NCBI GenBank assembly: GCA_047517345.1
Contig: JAKZTB010000036.1
Location: forward strand, 1,503-65,502
DNA length: 64,000 bases
Source of the DNA: Alphaproteobacteria bacterium
GTDB lineage: Bacteria; Pseudomonadota; Alphaproteobacteria; UBA8366; GCA-2717185
Reading direction: 5' to 3'
The notes under the pieces are model-generated. The model made no database searches. It was not told where the DNA came from and worked only from the letters and a program-made list of their open reading frames with translations. The translations under genes and the position numbers were made by a program. The number at the start of each line of letters is the position of its first letter. The stretch's first letter is position 1. Below are positions 50,092-63,907 of this stretch, one piece after another.

Positions 50092-51897
50092 TTATTCGTC
50101 AATATCCGCCAGCAGCCGGTCGCTCTCGATCGCGTCTTGCTTTGCCGCCAAGGCCCTGGCCAGTCCCGCTTCGTCCGCGGACGCCGCCGCCGACCGTCCG
50201 AGCGCCGCGACTTCCTGCCTCAATCGTTCCTGTACGCGCCGGCCGATCAAATGTTCCAAGCCACGCCGTGCATCCTCGACCGGTGTCTTCTGATCCGCAA
50301 ACGGCGCCAATACCATGACCTGCTTTTCAAGCACGCCGTCCAAAAGCGCGTCGTCGCCGCTGTTGGAAAAGTGGGCCCGAATGGCCTCAAGATCAAGGTC
50401 TGCGCTCCCCGCGAACAGGTTTTGGAGTTGCTGGCGAACTTTGTCAAGGTCGGGCTCGAAGGCAATATCCGCCAGCCTTTCGTCGAATTCGTCGCGCAGC
50501 GGCGGGTGATTGATCAGGGCGGCGAGAATGGCCTGCTGCTCGCGGCGGACCTGCTGCCGCATTCTGTTGCGGATATGGGCGCCGCTGTTGCCGCGGGATG
50601 CCACCGTCCCGTGCCGGCGGCCGCCGTCCGAACGAAATGTCGAACGCAAGCGCTCGCGAACGGCGTCGCGATAATGCTCGCGTACCGTTCCGTCGGCTAT
50701 TTCGCCGACCCGGCGTTCCAACCGCGCCTGCAGGTCGGCGCGCCGTTCGGGCGTATCGATGGGTCCGGCGCCCGCTTCAAGACGCCAGAGCACATCCGAC
50801 AACGGTTGCGCGGCCGCCAGCAATTGGCGCATCGCGGCGGCACCTTGCCGGGCGATGAGGCTGTCCGGGTCCTCGCCCGCCGGCAACAAAGCGAAGCGCA
50901 GGGATTTGCCCGGCTGCAGCAAGGGCAGGACGCGTTCCGCCGCCCGGCCCGCCGCGCGCTGGCCCGCCGTATCGCCGTCGAAACATAGAATCGGTTCGGG
51001 CGCGAGGCGCCACAGGGCGCGGATCTGGTCTTCGGTCAGCGCGGTCCCCAGCGGCGCGACGGCGGCGCCGATCCCGGCCTGCGACAGGGCGATGACGTCC
51101 ATATAGCCTTCCGCCACGACGAGCTGGCCCGACTCGAAACTGGCTTGCCGCGCGGCGCCGAAATTGTACAGGGTGCGGCCCTTGTCGAAGAGCGGCGTAT
51201 CCGGCGAGTTGACGTATTTCGCCGCCTTCGCTTCGCCCATCAGCCGGCCGCCGAACGCGATCACGCGGCCGCGCCGGTCGGCGATCGGGAACATGACGCG
51301 GTCGCGGAAGAACGGGTAGGCCGCCCGGCCGTCGTCCGGGCGGCGCAACAGACCCGCCTCGACGATCTGCGCCTCCGTCGCGCCCTTCGCTTTCAGCGTG
51401 ACAGGCAGACCCGCGCCGCCGTCGGGCGCGTAGCCGAGCCGGAACTGTGCGATCGTCTCGTCGCGCAAGCCGCGCCCGCGCAGGTAATCGAGCGCCGGTT
51501 GTCCGGCCGGTTCGCGGAGCTGCGCCTCGAACCAAGCGGCCGCCGCTTCGACGACGTCATATAGATCGGCGCGGCGTTGCGCTTCGGCGCGGGCTTCGGG
51601 CGTCTCCACGGGCACCTCGAGTCCGGCGTCGGCGGCCAGCCGCTCCACCGCTTCGGGAAAGGACAGGCCTTCGGTGTTGATGACGAACGAAATCACGTCG
51701 CCATGCGCGCCGCAGCCGAAACAATGATAGAAGCCCTTGTCCTCGCTGACCGTGAAGGACGGCGTCTTTTCGTTGTGGAACGGGCACAGCCCAGTATGTT
51801 CGCGCCCCTTGCGCGTCAGCCTGACCCGTTTGCCGACCACGTCCGCCAATGCGATCCGCGCACGGATATCTTCCAGGAGCCTGTTCGGGAACGCCAC
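50092..51897 (-). CDS. dnaG: DNA primase
   Basis: Zinc-finger motif ([22 protein letters not shown]) and a TOPRIM core ([10 protein letters not shown]). It lies upstream of rpoD as usual. Confidence 0.95.
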   Translation of the reverse strand: MAFPNRLLEDIRARIALADVVGKRVRLTRKGREHTGLCPFHNEKTPSFTVSEDKGFYHCFGCGAHGDVISFVINTEGLSFPEAVERLAADAGLEVPVETPEARAEAQRRADLYDVVEAAAAWFEAQLREPAGQPALDYLRGRGLRDETIAQFRLGYAPDGGAGLPVTLKAKGATEAQIVEAGLLRRPDDGRAAYPFFRDRVMFPIADRRGRVIAFGGRLMGEAKAAKYVNSPDTPLFDKGRTLYNFGAARQASFESGQLVVAEGYMDVIALSQAGIGAAVAPLGTALTEDQIRALWRLAPEPILCFDGDTAGQRAAGRAAERVLPLLQPGKSLRFALLPAGEDPDSLIARQGAAAMRQLLAAAQPLSDVLWRLEAGAGPIDTPERRADLQARLERRVGEIADGTVREHYRDAVRERLRSTFRSDGGRRHGTVASRGNSGAHIRNRMRQQVRREQQAILAALINHPPLRDEFDERLADIAFEPDLDKVRQQLQNLFAGSADLDLEAIRAHFSNSGDDALLDGVLEKQVMVLAPFADQKTPVEDARRGLEHLIGRRVQERLRQEVAALGRSAAASADEAGLARALAAKQDAIESDRLLADIDE

Positions 51898-51953
51898 CGG
51901 GCCCGCCTCACCACCGTAATTTACCGTTCAGCCGGGACAGTCCGTCGTCGCAG

Positions 51954-52409
51954 TCAGGACAGACGCTGCTTCGCGATCCCGCCCGCCTTGCCGAAATCCA
52001 TCTGTCCAGCATAGTTCCGGCGCAACACCGCCATCACCTTGCCCATCTGCTTTAAACCGTCCGCCCCCACCTCGGCAATCGCCGCGGCGACCGCCTCATC
52101 AATCTCCGCTTCGTCGAGCTGCTTGGGCAGGAACCGTTCGATGATCGCGATTTCTTCGCGCTCCTGCTCGGCCAGTTCCGGCCGGCCGCCCTTATCGTAC
52201 ATCTTAATGCTCTCGCGCCGCTGCTTGACCATCGTCTCCAGCATCGAGAGGATTTCGGCATCGCCGAGATCGGACACCTCGCCATCGGTGCGTGCCGCGA
52301 TATCGCGATCCTTGAGCGCAGCCAGCACGAGCCGCAAGGTCGATACGGCGCGCTTTTCCTGCGCCCGCATGGCTTCTTTCAGCGACTCGCTTAACGCGCT
52401 TCGCAGCAT
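51954..52409 (-). CDS. GatB/YqeY domain-containing protein
   Basis: ORF trimmed to MLRSALSESLKEAMRAQEKR..; YqeY-like along its whole length. Confidence 0.85.
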   Translation of the reverse strand: MLRSALSESLKEAMRAQEKRAVSTLRLVLAALKDRDIAARTDGEVSDLGDAEILSMLETMVKQRRESIKMYDKGGRPELAEQEREEIAIIERFLPKQLDEAEIDEAVAAAIAEVGADGLKQMGKVMAVLRRNYAGQMDFGKAGGIAKQRLS

Positions 52410-52534
52410 TTTCGCCCTCGCGGTTGCTTCGATCGGATGGATCGAAGCAAACGGTACCTGATCCAATGCGCGAGTGCAACTTTGCGGAATTTTATAACTT
52501 ATTGAAAACAAATCACAAATTTAGATAATTTTAC

Positions 52535-52563
52535 TTGACCATGGCACGTGATTTGCTTAGAAA
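52535..52563 (+). promoter_or_regulatory. promoter candidate for carAB in an AT-rich divergent region
   Basis: TTGACC (52535-52540), a 17-nt spacer, then TAGAAA (52558-52563). It is flanked by an 8-bp inverted repeat, caaatcac (52509-52516) / gtgatttg (52548-52555). Confidence 0.35.
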
Positions 52564-52671
52564 TCCGGCGAATTACCGATGATCGATTGACCCCTGTACG
52601 CACGGTTCGGCAAATTGTCTTGGCGAATCAGTGTGGTGCGCGCTACCAACACTCCGGACTGCGATCCCTAT

Positions 52672-53836
52672 ATGCCGAATCCGACGCTGACGCCCGCCAC
52701 GCCGCCCGAAGGCAGCACGGCGGCGCTGATTCTGGCCGACGGGTCCGTATTTTGGGGCCACGGCATCGGCGCAACCGGCCAGGCGGTCGGCGAAGTCTGT
52801 TTCAACACCTCGATCACCGGTTATCAGGAAATCCTGACCGATCCGTCCTACGCTGGCCAGATCATCACCTTCACCTTCCCGCATATCGGCAATGTCGGCA
52901 CCAATCCGGAAGACATCGAAACCGTCACACCGGCGGTACGCGGCTGCGTCCTGCGCGCGAACATCACCGACCCGTCCAACTTCCGCGCCGTCCAGCATCT
53001 CGACGCCTGGTTGAAGGGGCACAATTTGGTCGGCGTCACCGGTATCGACACGCGCCGGGTGACCCGCCGGATTCGCGATCTGGGCGCACCGAACGGCGTG
53101 GTGACCCACGAACCCGATGCCGCGTTCGACATCGCCGCGCACCGCGCCGAAGCCGCGGCCTGGCCCGGCCTCGAGGGCATGGATTTGGCCAAGCAGGTCA
53201 GCTGCACCCAATCCTACGCCTGGGCGGAAACCGCCTGGGCCTTGGGCCAAGGGTATGGCGAGCTCGAAACGCCGCGCTTCCATGTCGTGGCGGTGGATTT
53301 CGGCGCCAAGCGGAACATCCTGCGCTGTCTCGCCGATCTCGGCTGCGCGGTGACGGTGGTCCCGGCAACGGCCACGGCGGACGACATCCTGCGCCACAAA
53401 CCAGACGGCGTGTTCCTGTCGAACGGCCCCGGCGACCCGGCGGCAACCGGCGAATACGCGATTCCCGCGGTGCAGGCCGTCATCGAGGCGGGCATCCCCA
53501 CTTTCGGCATCTGCCTCGGCTATCAGATCATGGCGCTGGCGCTCGGCGCGCGGACCGAGAAGATGCACCACGGTCATCGCGGCGCAAATCATCCGGTGAA
53601 GGACCTGGAAACCGGTAGGGTCGAGATCACCAGCCAGAACCATGGCTTCATGGTCGATCCCGGCAGCTTGCCGGAGAGTGTGGTACTGACCCACCAATCG
53701 CTGTTCGACGGCACGCCGGAAGGGCTGAAGGTCACCGGCAAACCGGTCTTCGGCGTGCAACACCACCCGGAAGCCTCCCCCGGCCCCCAGGACAGCCACT
53801 ACCTGTTCGAGCGCTTCATCGCGCTGATGGAAGCCC

Positions 53837-53844
<8 letters not shown>
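52672..53844 (+). CDS. carA: carbamoyl-phosphate synthase small (glutaminase) subunit
   Basis: The ATG at 52672 gives MPNPTLTP... CarA motifs are present ([37 protein letters not shown]). Confidence 0.95.
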
Positions 53845-57088
<3,244 letters not shown>

Positions 57089-57218
57089 TTTTCGGGTCGT
57101 TTACAAGGTTTCTTATCGAGTTTCTCGGATATTGACGGAATAACGAATCGGGCGGACGATACGCCAGGTGGCGCTCCCCGCGACAGGGCAGTTGTTTGTA
57201 GAATGTTGAGTGAATGCG

Positions 57219-57692
57219 ATGGATAAAGTTCCCATGACAACAGGCGGTTTCGACGGCCTGAAGTCCGAATTGCAGACCCTGAAGGCGAATGACCGGCCGG
57301 CGGTGATCAAGGCAATTGCCGAAGCACGCGAGCACGGCGACCTGTCGGAAAACGCCGAATACCACGCGGCGCGGGACCGGCAGAGCTTCATTGAAGGTCG
57401 AATCGCGGAAATCGAAGACAAAATCAGCCGCGCCGACGTGATCGATGTCGCGAAGCTGACCGGCAAGACGGTGCGGTTCGGGGCCACAGTTACGATCGCG
57501 GACGAAGAAACCGACGAGGAAACGACCTATCAGATTGTCGGCGAACACGAAGCCGATATCGCGGGTGGCCGGCTTTCCGTCGCCGCCCCGATCGCGCGTG
57601 CGCTGATCGGTAAATCGGTCGGCGAATCGGTGGAGGTCGTGACACCGCGTGGCCAGAAGGACTATGAAATCGTCAAGGTGCGATTCAAGTAA
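57219..57692 (+). CDS. greA: transcription elongation factor GreA
   Basis: MDKVPMTTGGFDGLKSELQTLK.. plus the conserved acidic finger (GDLSENAEYHAA). Confidence 0.93.
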   Translation: MDKVPMTTGGFDGLKSELQTLKANDRPAVIKAIAEAREHGDLSENAEYHAARDRQSFIEGRIAEIEDKISRADVIDVAKLTGKTVRFGATVTIADEETDEETTYQIVGEHEADIAGGRLSVAAPIARALIGKSVGESVEVVTPRGQKDYEIVKVRFK

Positions 57693-57883
57693 CGCGCCGT
57701 TTCAGGCGTATTCCACACAGCACCAACTTGATGTCGCCGTGCGGCGCTAGAGCAGATCGGGGTTAGTTGGAATCGCTTTTGGCGATCCAACAACCGCGTG
57801 AATTTGCTCTATATTATTGAAATAGATCGGATTCACAGTCTTATCCGAACCCATATAATGGGTTCGACTAAACTTGATCCGTT

Positions 57884-58372
57884 CTAGACCGACGTACCGT
57901 CGACGTCGATCGGGACGCCGAAATTCTGCTTCGACAGGCGAATCGCCAAGGCCGATTTCACATGACTGACGTTCGGCGCCGCCGTCAATTGCGACGTGAG
58001 GAACCGGTTATAGGTATCCCAGTCATGGGCCACTATTTTCAGCAGGAAATCGGTTTCGCCGGCAAGCATGTGGCATTCGCGCACTTCTGGCCAATCCGCC
58101 ACCAGCGTCTCGAAAGCGACCAGATCCGATTCCGCCTGGCTGCTGAGACCGACCTGGGCAAAAACCAAAACGCCGAATCCCAGCTGTTCCGGATCGACGT
58201 CGGCATGGTATCCGCGGATGTATCCCGCATCTTCCAACGCCCGCACCCGGCGCAAACACGGTGGCGCGGAGATACCGGCCCGGCTCGCCAACTCGACATT
58301 CGTGATCCGACCGTTTTCCTGCAGGTCGCGCAGAATACGGCGGTCGATACGATCCAGCTTTACGCGGCGCAT
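57884..58372 (-). CDS. Lrp/AsnC-family transcriptional regulator
   Basis: ORF trimmed to MRRVKLDRIDRRILRDLQENGRITNVELA.. (HTH_AsnC plus a RAM domain). An alternative start is at 58384. Confidence 0.88.
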   Translation of the reverse strand: MRRVKLDRIDRRILRDLQENGRITNVELASRAGISAPPCLRRVRALEDAGYIRGYHADVDPEQLGFGVLVFAQVGLSSQAESDLVAFETLVADWPEVRECHMLAGETDFLLKIVAHDWDTYNRFLTSQLTAAPNVSHVKSALAIRLSKQNFGVPIDVDGTSV

Positions 58373-58509
58373 GGGAACTCCCATCGGGGTTGGGCGGGTA
58401 ATTATATTACAAGGATGTGATTTGCTTGCAAGAGCCGGTATTCGCCTTGCCCCACACCACGCATGCCGCCATAGTCCGATTTTCACGATCTCCATTCCGC
58501 GAACCACTA

Positions 58510-59469
58510 ATGGCAAGTAGCGTCGCCTGGGTCCTGACCGAAGGCATGGCCGGCATGGTCACACAGGCCGTAGGGCTGGCGGAAGCCGTCGGCCTGCCCT
58601 TCGAAGGCAAGACAGTAACGCTGCGGGCGCCCTGGCGCTGGCTGCCGCCGCGCTATTGGCCGTCCGGCGTCATGGGATTGCATGCGGCGAGCGACCCGCT
58701 AACGCCCCCCTGGCCCCGGCTTGTCATATCCTGCGGCCGGAAATCGGTTGGCCCGGCGCTCGCGATAAAGCGGCTGAGCGGCGGCCAGAGTTTTTGCGTC
58801 CACATTCAAAACCCTCATGTCCCCTTACGGTCGTTCGATCTCGTCGTTGCGGGAGCTCATGACGATCTTTCCGGTGAAAATGTCGTCGTGACAAAGGGCG
58901 CGATACACCGCGCCACGCGCGAACGCCTACAGGCCGCGGCAAAGGAGTACGCCATTGCCCTGGCGGACCTGCCGCGGCCTTTGACCGCCGTTCTCGTCGG
59001 CGGGCCGAACCGGGTGTACCGCATGACACCGGAAATCGTCGCGGACTTCGCCGCCAAGCTCGCAGCGTATGGCGCGGCGACCGGCGGGACCCTACTGGTC
59101 ACCCCGTCGCGGCGGACCGGGGCTCGAAACATCGTCGCGCTGCAGCGCGGTCTCGAAAAATCGGCCGCCGTGATCTGGAACGGGACCGGCGACAATCCCT
59201 ATTTCGGGTATCTGTCGCACGCGGACCAGATCGTCGCGACCTGCGATTCGGTCAACATGGTGTCGGAAGCCTGCGCCACTGGAAAACCGGTCTATGTCTT
59301 CGATCTGCCGGGCGGCAGCGCCAAATTCAAGCGGTTTCACGAAACGCTTCGAAGCGAAGACATAACGCGCGCATTTACCGGAAACCCGGAAGACTGGCGT
59401 TACGAGCCATTCGACGATACGGCGCGGGTGGCCGCCGAAATTCACAAGCGGATGGCGCACCCGTCGTAG
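58510..59469 (+). CDS. ELM1/GtrOC1-family (DUF1022) putative glycosyltransferase
   Basis: The ATG at 58510 gives MASSVAWVLTEGMAGMVTQAVGLAEAVG.., which resembles the 'mitochondrial fission ELM1' family found in alphaproteobacteria. Confidence 0.7.
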   Translation: MASSVAWVLTEGMAGMVTQAVGLAEAVGLPFEGKTVTLRAPWRWLPPRYWPSGVMGLHAASDPLTPPWPRLVISCGRKSVGPALAIKRLSGGQSFCVHIQNPHVPLRSFDLVVAGAHDDLSGENVVVTKGAIHRATRERLQAAAKEYAIALADLPRPLTAVLVGGPNRVYRMTPEIVADFAAKLAAYGAATGGTLLVTPSRRTGARNIVALQRGLEKSAAVIWNGTGDNPYFGYLSHADQIVATCDSVNMVSEACATGKPVYVFDLPGGSAKFKRFHETLRSEDITRAFTGNPEDWRYEPFDDTARVAAEIHKRMAHPS

Positions 59470-59574
59470 AGCCCGTTGCGAGGTTCCGGCGAATCCCTAT
59501 ATCTTGCTGTTCCGGGCTCCGGCCAAAATAAGTAAATCAGCGGCGCGCCTCGCGCGCGTACGCCGGGAAGGAAA

Positions 59575-61485
59575 ATGGCGCTCGACATCGATACATTCAG
59601 CAACGTGTCCGGCGGATTCAGCTTTTTCAAGGCTGTCGGGCATCCGCTTGCCGCGCCGAAAATCCGCAGCTTGTTGGAGCGGCTCGAAGGACCTGTCGCG
59701 GTATACGATCCGGCGGGCCATGCCACGGCTTTCGCCGCGCTGCACGACATGGCGGCGCTACAGATTGCCGGAGTCTTCGTGCAGGATTTGAGCGCGATCG
59801 GCGCGCCGGTGCTGGGGCACGCCGCGCAGCCTGTTACGGCGTTGCCGGACGCCGGCGCCGGCAACGTGCTGGTGCTCGCCTTCGACGCCGAACGGCTCGT
59901 CATGCACATCCGCCACCTTGTCCCCGACGGGGTGGAAATCGCCAGCCTGGACGATGTGCGCCTGGACGACGCAATGATCACCAATCGCAGACACTATTTG
60001 GATCCGGTCAATTTCGCGACCAACTTCGCCTTCTTCCGCGATACCGAAACCGACCACACGCGGTTGGTGACAGCCAATTATTGGGCCGGCTACGGCGCGC
60101 AGAACACGCGGATCCGGTTCCTTTTGTTCGACGAAAACGGTTCGTCTATCGCCGATTGGTCGCAGGATCTTCCGCCCGGCGTCGGCACGGTGACGGTCGA
60201 CAGCCGCGCGGTGCGCGCGAGGTTCGGTTTGCCCGCCTTTACCGGCCAGCTGTTCATGCACGTCATCAACGGTGCGGGACACGACGTCGTCAAGTACGCG
60301 CTCGACACTTTTGGTGATGCGGCTACCGTGTTGTCCTGCACGCACGACGCCAACGCCTGGCCCGCCGACCTCTACGCCGGACTGCCCGCACCGGAAGAGG
60401 GTGGACAGGTCGTCCTTTGGGTCCAGAACAGCCATCCCTGCCCGATACCGGCCGGCGCTATCGGGCTGAACCAGATGGGCCGCGACGATGTCGCGACTCT
60501 GGACCGTGAAATTCCGCCTTTTGGAAGCTACGCCCTCGATATGGCGGAACTGCTGCCGGATCTCAAATGGCCGGCGCAGGTGGAGATTCGGGCCGGCAAG
60601 CATTTCGTGCGGCCCCGCTACGAAGTGCGGTCGCCGACCGGGCGGCAACGTATCTCCCACCCGAACGTACAGCGTACCGACCTCAAACCCGATCCGGCTA
60701 TAGCGGGAATCGGGAATTTTTTGGGCAAGGGCTTTCTTTTACCCGCGCCGGTACTGCCGATCGACCGGTTCCGGACAACCGTGTTGCCGACACCGATGTC
60801 GACGGCACAGGACACGTTGCCCGTTGCAGGGCTGCTGTATGACGCCGACGGCCGCAAGGTCGCGGAGCATGCTTTCGGCAATCTCGCACGCGATCATTGC
60901 GAACTTCTGGAAATCGATGCCCTGTTGAACGGGACGGCGAACGCGGCGCTGGAACGGGGTTACGGCCATATCGAGCTGGTCTACGATTTTACGCAAGGCG
61001 GCGAAGCGGACGGCTGGCTGCACGGATTGTTTCGTTACGAAGACAGAACGAACGGCCATGGCGCGGACACCAGTTTCGGCGCGCATATCTTCAACACCGT
61101 CCTGACCTACCGCAGCGAGCCGCAATCCTATTCCGGACCCGCACCCGGCCTCACTACGCGCCTGTTCCTGCGTCTCGGCACGGCGCCGCTGGAAACGATG
61201 TGCCACCTCATCTATCCGGCCTCCATGCCTTGGAATACAAAATCCGATACCCATCTTCTCCTGTATGATGGCGGCGGCAACGAAATTGCCGACCATAAGG
61301 TAGCAATACCTTGCGGGGGTTCTCTATATTGGCGTTATGGTGATCTGTTCGGCGCAACGGATAAGGCGGCTGCCGGTGACGACGGATATGTCATAATTCG
61401 AGATCAAACCTGCCGGCTTTTCGGCTATCATGGACTGCAGAACGGGGTAGAGAGCTTCAGCTTGGATCATATGTTCGGCTTCTAG
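59575..61485 (+). CDS. large conserved-looking hypothetical protein (636 aa), no recognisable domain
   Basis: Uninterrupted ORF with genome-typical codon and GC pattern. It has no TM segment or signal peptide and ends ..FSLDHMFGF. Confidence 0.65.
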   Translation: MALDIDTFSNVSGGFSFFKAVGHPLAAPKIRSLLERLEGPVAVYDPAGHATAFAALHDMAALQIAGVFVQDLSAIGAPVLGHAAQPVTALPDAGAGNVLVLAFDAERLVMHIRHLVPDGVEIASLDDVRLDDAMITNRRHYLDPVNFATNFAFFRDTETDHTRLVTANYWAGYGAQNTRIRFLLFDENGSSIADWSQDLPPGVGTVTVDSRAVRARFGLPAFTGQLFMHVINGAGHDVVKYALDTFGDAATVLSCTHDANAWPADLYAGLPAPEEGGQVVLWVQNSHPCPIPAGAIGLNQMGRDDVATLDREIPPFGSYALDMAELLPDLKWPAQVEIRAGKHFVRPRYEVRSPTGRQRISHPNVQRTDLKPDPAIAGIGNFLGKGFLLPAPVLPIDRFRTTVLPTPMSTAQDTLPVAGLLYDADGRKVAEHAFGNLARDHCELLEIDALLNGTANAALERGYGHIELVYDFTQGGEADGWLHGLFRYEDRTNGHGADTSFGAHIFNTVLTYRSEPQSYSGPAPGLTTRLFLRLGTAPLETMCHLIYPASMPWNTKSDTHLLLYDGGGNEIADHKVAIPCGGSLYWRYGDLFGATDKAAAGDDGYVIIRDQTCRLFGYHGLQNGVESFSLDHMFGF

Positions 61486-61545
61486 ACGCGCCGGACCAAT
61501 TCCCGCTAAAGGGCATGACCTCGCTAGGCTAAAGTAAGTTTCGCT

Positions 61546-62436
61546 ATGGACTGGGACAGACTACGCATTTTTCACGATGTCGCCGATGCCGGCAGCTTCA
61601 CGCATGCGGGCGCGACATTGAATCTGAGCCAGTCGGCCGTCAGCCGGCAGGTCAGTGCGCTGGAAGACAGTTTGAGCATCAAGCTGTTCCACCGCCATGC
61701 GCGCGGCTTGATCCTGACCGAACAGGGCGAGCTGCTGTACCAGACGGTGAAGGACGTGTTCCACAAACTCGCGGTGGTCGAATCGCAATTGAGCGAGACC
61801 CGGGAAAGCCCGTCCGGTCCGCTGAAAGTGACGACGACGGTTTCGTTCGGCTCCACCTGGCTGACGCCGCGTATCAAGGAATTCGTCGAGACGTATCCGG
61901 AGGTCGATTTTCATCTGATTCTGACCGACACGGAACTCGATTTGGGGATGCGGCAGGCCGATATCGGCATCCGTTTGACGCCGCCGCGGCAACCGGACCT
62001 GATCCAGCGGCATCTGCTCGCGGTCAGCACGCATATCTACGGCTCGCGGCAATATCTCGAAGCCCACGGCGTGCCCAAAAAACCGAAAGACCTGAACGAC
62101 CACAAACTGATCGTCTACGGGCAAGACGTGCCGCCGCCGGTGCCGTCGGTCAATTGGCTGCTCGAAGCCGGTGCAGAGGCGAATGCGCCGCGGCGGCCGG
62201 CCTTGCGCGTCAACAACATATACGGGATCTACCGCGCGGTGCGCAGCGGGCTCGGCCTCGCGAGCCTGCCGGACTACATGATCCCCGACGACGTGAACCT
62301 CGTGAAAGTGCTTCCGGACCTCGCCGGACCCTCGATCCAGGCCTATTTCGTCTATCCGGAGGAGCTGCGGCACTCCAAGAGAATCGCTGTGTTTCGCGAC
62401 TTCCTTTTGCAAAAGATAGCTGAATCAAAGATTTAG
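61546..62436 (+). CDS. LysR-family transcriptional regulator
   Basis: N-terminal HTH (FTHAGATLNLSQSAVSRQVSALE) and a LysR substrate-binding domain. Confidence 0.9.
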   Translation: MDWDRLRIFHDVADAGSFTHAGATLNLSQSAVSRQVSALEDSLSIKLFHRHARGLILTEQGELLYQTVKDVFHKLAVVESQLSETRESPSGPLKVTTTVSFGSTWLTPRIKEFVETYPEVDFHLILTDTELDLGMRQADIGIRLTPPRQPDLIQRHLLAVSTHIYGSRQYLEAHGVPKKPKDLNDHKLIVYGQDVPPPVPSVNWLLEAGAEANAPRRPALRVNNIYGIYRAVRSGLGLASLPDYMIPDDVNLVKVLPDLAGPSIQAYFVYPEELRHSKRIAVFRDFLLQKIAESKI

Positions 62437-62643
62437 GCGGTTTTCTGGAACAAATCTCGGGTATGCATTTTCCGCATAGCTGAATTGCCAAATTCCCAAT
62501 GGCGAAGTCCGGTCCGAGACTTTATCTATCTGTCACCTCGTTGTTGCAATGCAACAACACACGCTTCTGCTTCCAGGCGCATAGCTTGGTTTCAAGAATC
62601 GCAAGATTCTTCGTCTCCCAGACGTGAAGCCTCCCTGTTCAAA

Positions 62644-62677
62644 CTGGCCGGAACCCTTTGGTTCCGGCCAGTTTTTT
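62644..62677 (+). terminator. strong rho-independent terminator
   Basis: ctggccggaacc / ggttccggccag form a perfect 12-bp stem with loop cttt, followed by TTTTTT. An A-rich tract lies on the other side, so it may act bidirectionally. Confidence 0.8.
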
Positions 62678-62687
62678 GGCTGATTGA

Positions 62688-63797
62688 TCAGCTCAGCGTC
62701 TGCAACGTTTTCGCCGCGATCATGTCGAAATCGATCTGCGCGCCCAGCCCCGGTTCCATCGGCGCGTGCACCAGCCCGTTCGAATCGACGGTGATATCCT
62801 CCACCAGCCCGTATTTCTGCGCGCCGTCGGGCAGCAGCACTTCGAAGAACTCGCAATTGGCGATGGCCAGCGAGACGTGCAGGTTGGCGACATTGTTGAG
62901 CGAATTGCCGCCGTGGTGGATTTCGAAATTCATGCCGAACGCCTCGGCGAGATGCGCGGTCTTCACGCAGGCGGTGATGCCGCCCTTCACCGCCACGTCG
63001 CCGCGCAGGAAGTCCGTCGCCTGCTGCATGATCCATGGCGCATAGCCGAGGAACCCACCCGGCGAATATTCGGTCGCAAGAATCGGGATGCGTAAGAGAT
63101 TGCGGAGCTTGACGTAGTTGTAGAGGTCCTGCTCGGCGAGCGGGTCCTCATACCAGTAGTAGCCCATTTCCTGAATCGCCTTACCGACGCGCAGCGCCTG
63201 CGGAAAGTCGTACGCCCAAGTCGAATCGAGCATCAGCGTGAAATCGTCGCCGACCGCCGCGCGGACCGCCGCGCACACTGCGATATCGGTCTTCCAAAGG
63301 GTGGGCGGATGGATCTTGTACGCCGCCCAGCCGGCATCTTTGAAGCTGAGCGCTTCCTCGACATAGGCGTCGGCGGAGCCCAGGGTCGGCGAACTAGCGT
63401 AGGCGGGAAGATTTCTTCGCGCGCTGCCGAGCAGCTGATGGATCGGCAATCCGGCGATCTTGCCGGCGATATCCCACAGCGCGATATCCATCGCCCCGAT
63501 CGCACGCAAGGTCGTCGCGCGCGACCGCTTGTGCATTTCACGGTTCAACCGTTCGCGGTCGAGCGGGTCCTGCCCCATCAATTGCGGCTTGAGATGATCG
63601 ATCAGCGAACCGGCGTCGAGATGCCCGCCGCGGCTCGACGCGCCGAGGAAGGCGTGCCCGTCGACGCCCCCGTCGGTGCGGATGGTCAGCAGGCCGAGCT
63701 GGCTCCGGCCGGAGAATTTTCCGGTGTGCTGGCCGTATTGGGTGGCCGGGATCCCGTCCCAGGCGAACAGCGTCAGCGTGATGTCGTCGATCTTCAT
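62688..63797 (-). CDS. enolase-superfamily enzyme (mandelate racemase/muconate lactonizing family, acid-sugar dehydratase-like)
   Basis: 369 aa with an N-terminal capping domain and a TIM-barrel bearing metal-ligand regions (..MLDSTWAY.., ..YWYEDPL..). Confidence 0.85.
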   Translation of the reverse strand: MKIDDITLTLFAWDGIPATQYGQHTGKFSGRSQLGLLTIRTDGGVDGHAFLGASSRGGHLDAGSLIDHLKPQLMGQDPLDRERLNREMHKRSRATTLRAIGAMDIALWDIAGKIAGLPIHQLLGSARRNLPAYASSPTLGSADAYVEEALSFKDAGWAAYKIHPPTLWKTDIAVCAAVRAAVGDDFTLMLDSTWAYDFPQALRVGKAIQEMGYYWYEDPLAEQDLYNYVKLRNLLRIPILATEYSPGGFLGYAPWIMQQATDFLRGDVAVKGGITACVKTAHLAEAFGMNFEIHHGGNSLNNVANLHVSLAIANCEFFEVLLPDGAQKYGLVEDITVDSNGLVHAPMEPGLGAQIDFDMIAAKTLQTLS

Positions 63798-63907
63798 CGT
63801 ATATTCCCCTTCTTCGTGCGGCGATCGATTAGCAAATCACAATCGACCAACACGGTCCAACCGGCCGCGATTGTTCCCGCTGCCGGACACTGGTATAGAG
63901 GCGTCGC

